Assembly: GCA_018692315.1 (NCBI GenBank)
Contig: JABHKC010000248.1
Span: forward strand, 2,505-66,504
Source of the DNA: Bacteroidota bacterium
GTDB lineage: Bacteria; Bacteroidota; Bacteroidia; Bacteroidales; JABHKC01
Direction: 5' to 3'
DNA length: 64,000 nucleotides
In this document: positions 1 through 10,147 of the stretch, piece after piece
Layout: each line of letters opens with the position of its first letter
Numbering within the stretch: the stretch's first letter is position 1
The notes under the pieces: model-generated
Databases searched by the model: none
Seen by the model: the letters and a program-made list of their open reading frames with translations, nothing else
What the model was told of the DNA's origin: nothing
Position numbers and translations under genes: made by a program

Positions 1-2
1 GT

Positions 3-1538
3 TCTGTAAATGCAAGATTTCATGAAGGTCCTGTTGCATTCACCAACAACGAAGAAACTATTTATTTTACAAGAAGCAGTTATATGAATGACAAAACACA
101 TTCGAGCATATCTGGTGAAAATACTCTAAACATTTATAAAGGATCCAAGAAGGACAACATTTGGACAGATATCCAAATATTTGAATTTAATAGCGATGAA
201 AGCAATATTGGCCATCCTGCCTTATCAAAAGATGGCAAAAAAATATATTTTATATCAGATATGCCAGGCGGATTTGGCGGAACAGATATTTATGTGAGCC
301 AAAAACTCGGTTTTATATGGACAAAACCTGTAAACCTTGGTAGCGAAATAAACACTGCTGGCAATGAGATGTTCCCATTTATTCATAATGAAGGTAGCTT
401 ATATTTTTCATCAGACGGTCATGGAGGATTAGGAGGATTAGATATTTTTGTTTCAAGTTTTAATGGATTTAAATGGGAGCCACCAAGAAACATGCGAACC
501 CCATTTAATTCTTCGAAGGACGATTTTTCATACATTATAAACTCTGATAACAATGAAGGTTTTTTTGCATCTAACAGAGATGGAGGAAAGGGAGGAGATG
601 ATATTTACCATTTTATTAGAAATACCGATGCCTTAAATATTTTACGCGGAATTGTAGTTAATGCAGCCAATGGACAACCAATCAATGATGTAAAAGTTAT
701 ATTGAAAGATTTTGTTACATCAGACAAATTAAATAAATCTGATGTAGATGGAAAGTTTAATTTTTTAATTGAACCGAATACCGATTATAAAATAATAGTT
801 TCAAAGGATGGATATAATACAAAAACTGTTGTACACTATTCCGATGAAAACAAAAATATTAAAGAACCATTTTATCAAATTGAATTAGAGTCAGCTATTT
901 GGCTAAACTTAGAAGGAAAAGTTTCTAATTATGAATCCAAAAAACCTATTGGACAAGTTACCATCCAATTAGAAAATAAAACTTATGGTATAACAAGCGA
1001 AATGGTAACAGGCAACGACGGCGAATTTGAATTTGGTTTAGACCCCGAATCACAATATGTAATAGTTCTACTTAAAGATGGCTATTTTACCGAACGAGAA
1101 AATCTTTCGACAATGGGAAAAATGGAATCAGAAATTTTCCGCTTCGATTTATTTCTCGGATTGCGACCCATTGACATGGAATCAACCATGGAGTTAAAGA
1201 ATATATTTTATTCGCTGAATAGTTGGGAGTTAAATAGTAGCTCTAAAACAGAATGCGAAATACTTGTTGAATTATTAAGCAACAATCCAACTATATCTAT
1301 AGAGCTCCAATCACACACTGATTCAAGAGGGAGCGATTCTTTTAATAAAGAACTATCTCAAAAAAGAGCCCAATCTGTAGTAGATTATGTAGTATCAAGA
1401 GGAATTGCAAGAAGCAGATTAGTACCAAAAGGTTATGGAGAAACTCGCTTAAGAAACCATTGTTCGAATGACATATTATGCCCTGATAAACTTCACCAAC
1501 AAAACAGAAGAACAGAATTTGTAATAATTGGGCAATAA
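3..1538 (+). CDS. OmpA family outer-membrane protein, 5' end outside the window (PD40/TolB-like repeats + carboxypeptidase-regulatory-like domains + C-terminal OmpA peptidoglycan-binding domain)
   Basis: The frame is open from base 3 (SVNARFHEGPVAFTNNEETIYFTRSS precedes the first Met at 84), so the true start is upstream. Repeated units of the form P.LS.DGK.IYF.SD..GG.GG.DI(Y/F). C-terminal HTDSRGSDSFNKELSQKRAQSVVDYVVSRGI...GYGE is the OmpA_C-like signature. Confidence 0.8.
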   Translation, partial: SVNARFHEGPVAFTNNEETIYFTRSSYMNDKTHSSISGENTLNIYKGSKKDNIWTDIQIFEFNSDESNIGHPALSKDGKKIYFISDMPGGFGGTDIYVSQKLGFIWTKPVNLGSEINTAGNEMFPFIHNEGSLYFSSDGHGGLGGLDIFVSSFNGFKWEPPRNMRTPFNSSKDDFSYIINSDNNEGFFASNRDGGKGGDDIYHFIRNTDALNILRGIVVNAANGQPINDVKVILKDFVTSDKLNKSDVDGKFNFLIEPNTDYKIIVSKDGYNTKTVVHYSDENKNIKEPFYQIELESAIWLNLEGKVSNYESKKPIGQVTIQLENKTYGITSEMVTGNDGEFEFGLDPESQYVIVLLKDGYFTERENLSTMGKMESEIFRFDLFLGLRPIDMESTMELKNIFYSLNSWELNSSSKTECEILVELLSNNPTISIELQSHTDSRGSDSFNKELSQKRAQSVVDYVVSRGIARSRLVPKGYGETRLRNHCSNDILCPDKLHQQNRRTEFVIIGQ

Positions 1539-1676
1539 TATTATTAAATCATTTTTTCATATTCTTAGAACTTTTGAAATAATAAGCTTATTTCAAAATT
1601 AAGATATCTTATTCATAAGTTTAATATCCAATATTTTCTGAGCACAATATCAGGCTTTTAGTGTCCAAAAATTAAA

Positions 1677-1713
1677 TTGTACAAAACTAATATTTAGTTA
1701 TAGTTTTGTACAA
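1677..1713 (+). promoter_or_regulatory. thyA-folA promoter region: -7 box TAGTTTTG (1701-1708) embedded in a perfect 13-bp inverted repeat
   Basis: TTGTACAAAACTA (1677-1689), an 11-nt spacer and TAGTTTTGTACAA (1701-1713) form exact reverse complements. The right arm contains an exact match to the Bacteroides-type TAnnTTTG -7 consensus, 37 nt upstream of the thyA ATG at 1745. Confidence 0.45.
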
Positions 1714-1744
1714 AAAATGAATATAATTTTTGATACAAATTTGA

Positions 1745-2539
1745 ATGAAACAATATATAGATTTATTAAAGCATGTTTTAGACAAAGGAATAAATAAGGG
1801 AGACCGAACCGGTACAGGTACAAAAAGCGTTTTTGGATACCAAATGCGTTTTGATTTGCAAAAAGGCTTTCCACTTCTTACCACAAAAAAATTACACTTA
1901 CGCTCTATTATTTACGAATTATTGTGGTTTTTTTCAGGAAATACAAATATTAAATATCTGAATGACAATAAAGTAAAAATTTGGAACGAGTGGGCAGATA
2001 ATAATGGAGATTTAGGAAAAATTTATGGCTACCAGTGGCGTTCATGGTCTTGCCCCGAAAATAAACATATCGACCAAATTTCAAATTTGATTGAAGAACT
2101 TAAAAGTAATCCAAATTCAAGAAGACATATTGTGAGTGCCTGGAATGTAGGCGATTTGGATAATATGGCTTTACCTCCGTGTCATATCATTTTTCAATTT
2201 TATGTTGCCAACAATAAATTGTCGTGCCAACTCTATCAGCGAAGTGCCGATATTTTTTTAGGTGTTCCATTCAATGTAGCGTCTTATGCTATGCTCACTA
2301 TGATGATTGCGCAAGTTTGCAACTACGAATTGGGCGAGTTTATTCATACTTTTGGCGATGCCCACATTTATCTCAATCATCTTGAACAAGCAAAGATGCA
2401 AATTTCAAGATCTCCACGACATCTACCTTCAATGAAAATAAACAAAAAGGTAAATAATATTTTTGAATTTAAATACGAAGATTTTAATTTAGAAAATTAC
2501 GATCCTCATCCTCACATAAGAGCTGATATTTCAATTTGA
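1745..2539 (+). CDS. thyA: thymidylate synthase
   Basis: 264 aa with ThyA hallmarks: [15 protein letters not shown], active-site [22 protein letters not shown]. Confidence 0.97.
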   Translation: MKQYIDLLKHVLDKGINKGDRTGTGTKSVFGYQMRFDLQKGFPLLTTKKLHLRSIIYELLWFFSGNTNIKYLNDNKVKIWNEWADNNGDLGKIYGYQWRSWSCPENKHIDQISNLIEELKSNPNSRRHIVSAWNVGDLDNMALPPCHIIFQFYVANNKLSCQLYQRSADIFLGVPFNVASYAMLTMMIAQVCNYELGEFIHTFGDAHIYLNHLEQAKMQISRSPRHLPSMKINKKVNNIFEFKYEDFNLENYDPHPHIRADISI

Positions 2540-2600
2540 TTCGAAATGAGAAAACGTCAATTGAAACAACACAATTTTCAAAACTTCAAATTCCCAACTT

Positions 2601-3104
2601 ATGAAAAATATATCAATTATAGTAGCTGCCGCAGAAAACAATGCAATTGGAAAAGACAATAAATTGCTATGTTATATTTTCGACGACTTGAAAAGATTCA
2701 AGCAATTAACCACAGGGCACAAAATTCTTATGGGAAAAAAAACCTATGAATCCTTACCAAAAGGTGCTCTGCCAAATCGTACGAACATTGTTATTACAGA
2801 CTCTGCAAATGAAAAAATTGAAGGTTGCGTAATGGCATATTCCATTACAGAAGCCATTGAGCTTTGCGATGACACGAAAGAAAATTTTATTATCGGTGGT
2901 GGCTCAATATATTCTCAATTTATGGAACATGCCAATAAATTGTATATCACCAGAATCCATAAGTCCTTTGATGCAGATACTTTTTTCCCGGAAATAAATC
3001 ATAATGATTGGAATCTTTGCTCGACAGAAAGCTATGAAGCAAGTGAAAAAAACGAATGCGATTATTCTTATCTCATTTATGAAAGAAAAAATAAGATGAT
3101 ATAA
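2601..3104 (+). CDS. folA: dihydrofolate reductase
   Basis: 167 aa, directly downstream of thyA. DHFR blocks: IIVAAAENNAIGKDNKL, DDLKRFKQLTTG, MGKKTYESLP, LPNRTNIVIT, IIGGGSIY. Confidence 0.92.
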   Translation: MKNISIIVAAAENNAIGKDNKLLCYIFDDLKRFKQLTTGHKILMGKKTYESLPKGALPNRTNIVITDSANEKIEGCVMAYSITEAIELCDDTKENFIIGGGSIYSQFMEHANKLYITRIHKSFDADTFFPEINHNDWNLCSTESYEASEKNECDYSYLIYERKNKMI

Positions 3105-3184
3105 TCTTTGCACGAATCTAAATATTTGCAAAAACTCAGGGAAGGTAAATCAAATTTTGATTGCTCAATTTCAAAATTTTAGAC

Positions 3185-5686
3185 ATGAAATATATCACAA
3201 ATCTAAGTTGCCGTTTTAACCAAATTTCAATTCTGTTTTGCCTTATAATAATTCTAAGCATTTTCTCACTGCAGGGACAGACCGGAATATTAAAAGGAAA
3301 AATTACAAACCAAAACAAGGAAGTATTATCTTATGCCAGCGTTTTTATTAAGAAAATTGGTGTAGGTTCAGTTTCAAGTATTGATGGGAATTATGCAATA
3401 AAAATTCCGTATGGGGAAAACGAAATTGAGTTTAGTATTCTTGGCTATAAAAGGCAGCGCATTTTCATAGAAATTGAAAAAGATACAAGCATATTAAATA
3501 TTTCATTAGATAAAGAAACTTATATTTTGCCAGAAATTGTTGTTGGACTTAATGAAGATCCAGCCTTTGAAATGATTCGGCAAGCTATAAAAGCTCGCGA
3601 AAAAAATTTATTAGCTAGTGGAACCTTCGAAGCCAATATCTACTCAAAAGGAATTTACAAACTCGAACATGTTTCAGACAGTGCATTAGGAAAAGCTCTA
3701 TTCGACAGCACACATACAAAAGAAGAGGCACTTGGGATAATTTATCTTTCTGAGGCAGAATCGAAATTCAGTTTGAAATACCCAAATAAAATCAAAGAAG
3801 AAATTGTTTCCTCGAAAGTGAGTGGCGACAGCAAAGGCTTTAGTTTCAATTTCAGCTCGTTCATAAATATCAATTTGTACAGAAACTTGGTTGTAATACC
3901 ATTCGACATGTCTTATCGAGGTTTTGTTTCGCCTATTTCAAGTAGTGCTATGATGTATTATCGCTATCGCTTGGTAGGTTCGTTTATCGATGGAGATTTT
4001 TTAGTACATAAAATTGAGTTACGCCCGAAACGCAAAATTGACAGAATATTTCATGGCTATTTTTATCTCGTAGAAGGATTGTGGTGTATTCATAGTGCCG
4101 ACTTAATAATTACTGAAGATGCAGAAATTGATTTTATTGACAGTATAAGAATAAATCAGGAATTTCATGCAGCAAACGACAGCATGTGGGCACTTCAAAC
4201 TCAAAACTACAATTTCGATTTTTCGTTCAATTTGTTTGGAATAGAAGCAGAATTTAATGGTCATTATTTGACAATTTTTAATGAATACAATTGGGAACCT
4301 AATTTTGGTAAGAATTTTTTCGACGACGAACTTTTGAAAATTGATTTTGAATCTAATAAAAAGGACTCTTCATATTGGGATAAAAACCGTCCTGTTCCGC
4401 TCAGCGAAGAAGAAATAGAAAATTACATTGAATTTGACAGTGTAGAGCAACGAATAAGTTCAAAAGAGTATCTGGATTCGATAGACATGAAAAACAATAA
4501 ATTCAAAATTTGGAATTATTTAAGAAAAAAATATACATATCGAGATAGATATCATAAATGGAAATTAGCTATAGGAAGTCCAATTCAGGATGTTGCATTT
4601 AATACAGTTCAGGGAGTAAGGTTAAAAATCCCGTTAAATTTCAAACAGGAATTTGAGAAAGAAGAATTTTATAAGCATGATTTTGATTTTTCTTATGGAT
4701 TCTCAAATAAATTGTTCGGTTTTAATAGCTTTTCGGAATATTTTTACGAACGAAACTCTTTTGCAAAATTGAAGCTAAATTTTGGAATTTCGCATATACA
4801 ATTCGATAATTCGGAGCCTATTTCTCCAACTCTAAATGCTTTGTATTCTCTTTTTGCTGAACAAAATTTTATGAAACTTTACAGAAAGAAGTATATAAAT
4901 ATTGGCCACGAATCGGAGATAATTAATGGATTTTTCTTGTCGGGAAATATAGAATTTTCCGATAGAAAAGCTTTGGAAAATACAAACAGTTTTACATTTC
5001 GAAATGTGCCCGACCGAAGCTATACTCAAAATGCTCCATGGGAAGATGTTTATTTTGATGCCGATTTTATTAATCATCAAGCATTTCTAATAAATATTAG
5101 TGCAAATTATACAATTAAACAAAAATTTGCAAGCCTGCCTTACAAAACCCGCTTAGGATCACGCTTTCCGCCAATCGGAATTTCATACACAAAAGCTTTT
5201 TCAGGCTTTTTGGGTAGCGATGCTAATTTCGATTTTATAAAGATCTATTCCAACTATTCAAAAATGTTTGGATTGTTTGGGCAAAGTCGGATAAGAATTA
5301 CATATGGAAAGTTCCTGAATAGTGAAAAATTATATTTCAGCGATTATTTTCACTTTAGAGGCAACAAAACCATTTTTCATATGGAAGGAAAAAACTCTTT
5401 CCATTTGCTTGATTATTATAAATATAGCACAAATAATGAATACATTGAAGCCCACTATCAACATCATTTCAATGGATTTATTATTAACAAAATTCCTTGG
5501 GTCAGAAAAAGTAAATTCAGGATGCTTGCGGGTGCTCATTATCTTTATGAAAACATTGATACACAATATTTAGAACTAAATATCGGTATCAAAAACATTT
5601 TCAAATTCGGGCGTATTGATTTTGTAGCTGCTTTTGAACACAACAAAATTCTTTCAACCGGAATTACACTTGGATTTGGAATGTAG
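3185..5686 (+). CDS. CarboxypepD_reg-like + DUF5686-like outer-membrane protein (paralog 1 of 3)
   Basis: Signal/TM segment, then a carboxypeptidase-regulatory-like beta-sandwich (GILKGKITNQNKEVLSYASVFIKKIGVGSVSSIDGNYAIKIPYGENEIEFSILGYK). This is followed by a DPAFEMIRQAIKAREKN block and a ~700-aa beta-rich region. Same architecture as the ORFs at 16007 and 29284. Family name is recalled from memory. The ATG at 3185 is preferred over the TTG at 3161. Confidence 0.7.
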   Translation: MKYITNLSCRFNQISILFCLIIILSIFSLQGQTGILKGKITNQNKEVLSYASVFIKKIGVGSVSSIDGNYAIKIPYGENEIEFSILGYKRQRIFIEIEKDTSILNISLDKETYILPEIVVGLNEDPAFEMIRQAIKAREKNLLASGTFEANIYSKGIYKLEHVSDSALGKALFDSTHTKEEALGIIYLSEAESKFSLKYPNKIKEEIVSSKVSGDSKGFSFNFSSFININLYRNLVVIPFDMSYRGFVSPISSSAMMYYRYRLVGSFIDGDFLVHKIELRPKRKIDRIFHGYFYLVEGLWCIHSADLIITEDAEIDFIDSIRINQEFHAANDSMWALQTQNYNFDFSFNLFGIEAEFNGHYLTIFNEYNWEPNFGKNFFDDELLKIDFESNKKDSSYWDKNRPVPLSEEEIENYIEFDSVEQRISSKEYLDSIDMKNNKFKIWNYLRKKYTYRDRYHKWKLAIGSPIQDVAFNTVQGVRLKIPLNFKQEFEKEEFYKHDFDFSYGFSNKLFGFNSFSEYFYERNSFAKLKLNFGISHIQFDNSEPISPTLNALYSLFAEQNFMKLYRKKYINIGHESEIINGFFLSGNIEFSDRKALENTNSFTFRNVPDRSYTQNAPWEDVYFDADFINHQAFLINISANYTIKQKFASLPYKTRLGSRFPPIGISYTKAFSGFLGSDANFDFIKIYSNYSKMFGLFGQSRIRITYGKFLNSEKLYFSDYFHFRGNKTIFHMEGKNSFHLLDYYKYSTNNEYIEAHYQHHFNGFIINKIPWVRKSKFRMLAGAHYLYENIDTQYLELNIGIKNIFKFGRIDFVAAFEHNKILSTGITLGFGM

Positions 5687-5761
5687 ATTATTATTATAAA
5701 AGCTACTGCAATTTATGCTTTAGTTGATTTTCGTGAAATCCTCAAATCCAGAAAAGAAAAT

Positions 5762-6898
5762 TTATATTCGACAAAGTTTCTCAGCTGCTCTTTCCATTGT
5801 TTCGTTCGACTTGGCAAAGCAAAATCGTAAAACTTTATTATCAAGATTTTCGCGATAGAAAACCGATATCGGAATAGAGGCGATGCCTATTTCTTTGGTC
5901 AGTCTTTCGGCAAATTTAGTGTCTTTTTCGTCAGTGATGTCTTTATAACCAAGAAGTTGGAAATATGTGCCATTCGATGGAAGTATTTCAAATCTCGAAT
6001 TTTTCAAAAGTTTAATAAAATAATCTCTTTTCTTTTGATAGAAATTATTCAATTCTAAATACTCATTCTTATTGTCGAGAAATTCGGCTATAGCAAGTTG
6101 TATTGGGGTATTTGCTGCAAAAACTACAAATTGATGAATTTTTCTGAATTCCTTCATCAATCTTTCAGGGGCTACACAATAACCTAATTTCCAGCCTGTT
6201 GTGTGAAATGTTTTTCCGAACGATGATATGGCAAGACTACGCTCTGCAAGTTTTGGATATTTCGTTATGCTCAAATGTTCAATATTATCGAAAATAATAT
6301 GTTCGTAAACCTCGTCGCTTAAAATAATTATATTGCTCCCTTGAGTAATTTTCTGCAACATTTTCATGTCTTCATCAGAAACGACACTACCGGTAGGATT
6401 ATGAGGAGAATTAATAATTATCATTCGAGTTCGTGAAGTTATCATTTTCTGAACTTCGTCCCAATCGATATGAAAATCGGGATATTTTAGCTGAACAAAA
6501 ACCGGTTGCCCACCATTTAGTTTTATTGCTGGAACATAACTGTCATAAGCCGGTTCAAAAACAATTACTTCGTCTCCTTCATTGACAAAGGCTGTTATTG
6601 CAGTGAAAAGAGCCTGTGTAGCTCCGGCAGTTATTGTGATTTCATTTGCAGGATTATATTTTGCCTGATATAAAAATTCAGTTTTTTCAGCAATTTTTTC
6701 ACGAAGCTTCATTACTCCTTCCATAGGTGCATACTGATTGAAACCATCTCTCATATATTTGTTTACCAGATGAATAAGTTCAGATGAACAATTAAAATCG
6801 GGAAACCCTTGTGAAAGATTTATCGCATTATAATCGTTTGCCATTTTTGACATTATAGCGAAAATGCTTGTTCCAACATTTGCAAGTTTGCTTGACAT
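5762..6898 (-). CDS. class I/II PLP-dependent aminotransferase, methionine aminotransferase (YbdL)-like
   Basis: 378 aa. Motifs: NLSQGFPDF, NQYAPMEGV, ITAGATQAL, NSPHNPTG, SDEVYEHI, and PLP-lysine block SSFGKTFHTTGWKLGY. Confidence 0.9.
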   Translation of the reverse strand: MSSKLANVGTSIFAIMSKMANDYNAINLSQGFPDFNCSSELIHLVNKYMRDGFNQYAPMEGVMKLREKIAEKTEFLYQAKYNPANEITITAGATQALFTAITAFVNEGDEVIVFEPAYDSYVPAIKLNGGQPVFVQLKYPDFHIDWDEVQKMITSRTRMIIINSPHNPTGSVVSDEDMKMLQKITQGSNIIILSDEVYEHIIFDNIEHLSITKYPKLAERSLAISSFGKTFHTTGWKLGYCVAPERLMKEFRKIHQFVVFAANTPIQLAIAEFLDNKNEYLELNNFYQKKRDYFIKLLKNSRFEILPSNGTYFQLLGYKDITDEKDTKFAERLTKEIGIASIPISVFYRENLDNKVLRFCFAKSNETMERAAEKLCRI

Positions 6899-6924
6899 TT
6901 ATTATTAGTTTAAAATTTGGTCGG

Positions 6925-6932
6925 CAAAAGTA
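6925..6932 (-). promoter_or_regulatory. -7 promoter box (TACTTTTG on minus strand) for the aminotransferase gene
   Basis: Exact TAnnTTTG match 27 nt upstream of the ATG at 6898. The nearest TTTG upstream is spaced only ~15 nt, shorter than the usual 19-21. Confidence 0.4.
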
Positions 6933-7035
6933 GTAAATTTTCAATATCAAATTTAAAATTTATAAAATTATGGAGTTTGAAAATTTAAATATATATGAGA
7001 TGAAATTCTGTAATAAATAACTGATTGTTTGGATA

Positions 7036-8136
7036 TTAATCAGAATAGCTTCTCCTTCCACTTTTTATTCTATAAAATTTTTGAGCTAACAATTTTGAAA
7101 ATTCCCTTGCGCCGGCATCGTTCAAATGAATGAAATCGAAGGAATTACTTATGTAATATAAGGAAGGATATTTTTCTGCTCTTGCCAATTCTATACGGTT
7201 GTCATTTTCTATTTGCATGAACAAAGGAAATAATTCAAGATATTCCTCATTTTGCAGTCGGGGGGGCAAAACAAATATCAATTGTATTCCTTGTTTGTCC
7301 GATTTTTTAATGAGCTGGTTGATCTTTTCCAGAAAAACAGGATTGTATTCAGTATCCAACTCAAATGTTTCGAAAAATCGCTTGTTTGTTTTTCTATTGA
7401 CAAACATCTGGTCGGAGTTTTTTAGAAATTTTCTTCTAATTGTACTAAACCTGTTTTTCCCTTTGGCAAGTTTGTCATACGATTGATAGCCGTCGTTTTC
7501 AGCAAGGCTACTATCATATTCTTTTGAATAATACCTTATAATATCTTTCACAAAATCTATTGAGAAAAGCTTTTCGGCAAAACTTATTAAATGATTATTC
7601 AAAGCATTATCTTTCTCCGCTTCCGACAAACTCGAATTATAAATACTTTTTAAGGTAAACCATAAATAGCCGGGCGAATACCAATACTTAATTCTGGTGG
7701 TGTGCATGTATTTTTCGTCTATTTGAATGATTGGCGAAAGGCAGAGAAAAACATATTCTACGCCAGGCAAACCTTCATCAAGCATTTTTTCATACAAGAA
7801 GAATTCCTCGGGCGGTACTAAAAGGTCAACACCAAAATTGTACGAATTCATCGTAATCCCGGCTGATTGGCACAGCTCATCGAAAACCTCCGGAACAAAC
7901 CCTCGTGCTATATTGCTTGCACCGAAAAACAACATATTATGAGTTTCCGAATTCGATTTAATGTATTCGTACTTCGGCTGAAAACGAGTATTTCCCCAAT
8001 AAAATGGAACTATGAACAAATACATCGTATAGTTTACTATTAAGAAAACTAAAAGTAGTAAAACTACCTTAAACCATATTTTTATTGATTTTTTAAAATT
8101 CAAAATATATAAATTCTTTTTCACCAAAAACTCCAA
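7036..8136 (-). CDS. membrane-anchored hypothetical protein, probable DltD/AlgJ/PatB-type partner of the MBOAT acyltransferase
   Basis: 366 aa with an N-terminal TM anchor. It overlaps the 3' end of the MBOAT gene on the same strand. An FFGASNIARGF block sits where SGNH/DltD-like proteins carry their first catalytic block. The functional call is by gene context only. Confidence 0.55.
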   Translation of the reverse strand: MEFLVKKNLYILNFKKSIKIWFKVVLLLLVFLIVNYTMYLFIVPFYWGNTRFQPKYEYIKSNSETHNMLFFGASNIARGFVPEVFDELCQSAGITMNSYNFGVDLLVPPEEFFLYEKMLDEGLPGVEYVFLCLSPIIQIDEKYMHTTRIKYWYSPGYLWFTLKSIYNSSLSEAEKDNALNNHLISFAEKLFSIDFVKDIIRYYSKEYDSSLAENDGYQSYDKLAKGKNRFSTIRRKFLKNSDQMFVNRKTNKRFFETFELDTEYNPVFLEKINQLIKKSDKQGIQLIFVLPPRLQNEEYLELFPLFMQIENDNRIELARAEKYPSLYYISNSFDFIHLNDAGAREFSKLLAQKFYRIKSGRRSYSD

Positions 8137-9535
8137 AATTGAATATTATGAAAATCATTATTACATAAATAGACCATCTGATAATTTGAGGTTTTTGTTT
8201 GATAAAATGTATTAGATTGTATTTGCTATGCAGAAATTCTGTAACAAACAGAAAAATAACCACAGCAAAACTTAATTGTAGATTTATTGATTTGGAAAAG
8301 TCGTTCACAAAGGAACTAATGTTGAATTCAGAAAAAGCACTATTTATTAAAATCATACTGTCATTCAGGTTTTTAGCACCAAAAAATAAAGTTGCAAAAC
8401 TTACCATAAGCAAAACTGTTGCGATGGAAAGAATCCTAAACAGTCCGGGTACTTTCACTAATCCTACAAGTTTAAAAAGTTTCTGTCTGGTAGAATTTGT
8501 CCAAATTTCGAGCAATTGATAAAAACCATGAAGTGCCCCCCATATCACGAAAGTCCAATTTGCACCATGCCACAATCCGCTGATTAAGAATACAATAAAA
8601 ATATTATAGTGCCAACGCCATTTCACAACACGACTTCCACCGAGCGGAATGTATAGATAATCTGTAAACCATTTAGTTAGCGAAATATGCCATCTTTTCC
8701 AAAAATCGTGGAATGATGTGGCAAATAGTGGAAGGTTGAAATTTTTAATTAAGTCGAATCCTAAGGCTCTTGCTGTTCCTCTTGCAATATCTGTATATCC
8801 CGAAAGGTCGGCATAGACCTGAATATGCAAAAATACCGAAGCTATCAAAACATGCAATCCTTGATATTCACCGGCATTTGTAAAAACATCTCCAACATAC
8901 ACTCCAAGACGGTCGGCAATTACAAGCTTTTTGAGAAATCCCCAAAGTACCAATCTCAATCCGCTCACTACCTGCGAATTGCTGAACGAAACAATTTTTG
9001 AAAACTGAGGTAAAAGTCTGGTTGAACGTTCGATAGGACCGGCAACAAGTTGCGGAAAGAAAGAAACATAAAGTGCAAATCTTCCGAAATGTCGTTCGGG
9101 TTTTGTGCGTCCACGATATACATCGATAGAGTAGCTCAAGGTTTGAAAGGTATAAAACGAAATTCCTACAGGCAGCAGAACATTAAATGCCGGAACGTCA
9201 TAGAAAAGATTGTAATAATTGAATACTTCTCTGAAACTATCATTTAAAAAATTGAAATATTTGAAGCCGAAAAGCAAGCCCAGATTCACAAAAAGACTCA
9301 GTAATAGAAATGCTTTTTTTTGTTTTTTTGTTTTGCTTTTGTGCATATGTATTGCTGCAAAATAATCGACAACTGTGGATGCAACTATTAATAAAATGTA
9401 TTCTACACGCCAACACATATAAAAATAATAGCTTGCAGCTAACAGCAACAACCAACGGAATTTGTGTGGCATAGAGTAGTACGCAATAAATACTAAAGGG
9501 AAAAATATTATAAATTCTATTGAATTGAATAACAT
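8093..9535 (-). CDS. MBOAT family O-acyltransferase (AlgI/DltB-like)
   Basis: 480 aa and polytopic. MBOAT blocks: FWKRWHISLTKWFTDYLYIPLGGSR and the conserved-His block SGLWHGANW. Confidence 0.9.
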   Translation of the reverse strand: MLFNSIEFIIFFPLVFIAYYSMPHKFRWLLLLAASYYFYMCWRVEYILLIVASTVVDYFAAIHMHKSKTKKQKKAFLLLSLFVNLGLLFGFKYFNFLNDSFREVFNYYNLFYDVPAFNVLLPVGISFYTFQTLSYSIDVYRGRTKPERHFGRFALYVSFFPQLVAGPIERSTRLLPQFSKIVSFSNSQVVSGLRLVLWGFLKKLVIADRLGVYVGDVFTNAGEYQGLHVLIASVFLHIQVYADLSGYTDIARGTARALGFDLIKNFNLPLFATSFHDFWKRWHISLTKWFTDYLYIPLGGSRVVKWRWHYNIFIVFLISGLWHGANWTFVIWGALHGFYQLLEIWTNSTRQKLFKLVGLVKVPGLFRILSIATVLLMVSFATLFFGAKNLNDSMILINSAFSEFNISSFVNDFSKSINLQLSFAVVIFLFVTEFLHSKYNLIHFIKQKPQIIRWSIYVIMIFIIFNFGVFGEKEFIYFEF

Positions 9536-9539
9536 TTAA

Positions 9540-9842
9540 CTAATTTAAATTTTCTTTAATATTATCCAAAATTTCAGACATTTGCCAAATATAGTTCTCA
9601 TTTATAGGGAAATCAGTAGAATCGTACGGTGAGATGTTGTTGGCTAAGCTTCTATCAAAAGTTTTTTGGTCGAAATAATTGTATGGATCGAATGAAACCC
9701 CTTTCTTGTTTGCAAAACATTTTGTTTGAGAAAAACTTACATTGCTTATTCCTAAAAGTTGAAACAAGAATGCAAATATTAATGCACTAAGTTTATATCT
9801 ATACTTCAATTGTCTAAAGGTTTTGTTTCCAATACGCAGCAA
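9540..9842 (-). CDS. small secreted hypothetical protein, first gene of the MBOAT operon
   Basis: 100 aa with a TTG start only. Hydrophobic signal-like segment LSALIFAFLFQLLGISNVSFSQ. Its stop lies 4 nt before the MBOAT start. No recognisable motifs. Confidence 0.4.
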   Translation of the reverse strand: MLRIGNKTFRQLKYRYKLSALIFAFLFQLLGISNVSFSQTKCFANKKGVSFDPYNYFDQKTFDRSLANNISPYDSTDFPINENYIWQMSEILDNIKENLN

Positions 9843-10147
9843 AAGTATTATTTATAAAATTCTATGCAAACTAAATTTTATTTTGTTGTCTAAACTAATA
9901 AATACAAAGCATTTATGATATTTTTTCAATCCTCTGATACATAAATAGTATGATAATTAGGTATTTATTTTAATATTTCAGTACTGAAATGAAAATCCAT
10001 TGTTTCGTATAATGCTGTAATTTAGAAGATTAATTGTTCTTTTAATATTATTTATTAATTATTTACATAGTTTATTTTGATAATTTTAGCATAATTCATT
10101 TCTTTGCAACGAAAAATATTTTTTATAGAAATTTAAAATTAAAAATT

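Noticed and set aside
9975-9990. Perfect 16-bp palindrome ATTTCAGTACTGAAAT between the MBOAT operon and acpP
   Set aside because: A rough base-composition estimate suggests a few perfect 16-bp palindromes are expected by chance in 64 kb of this AT-rich DNA. It lies >130 bp from both starts and overlaps no promoter element.
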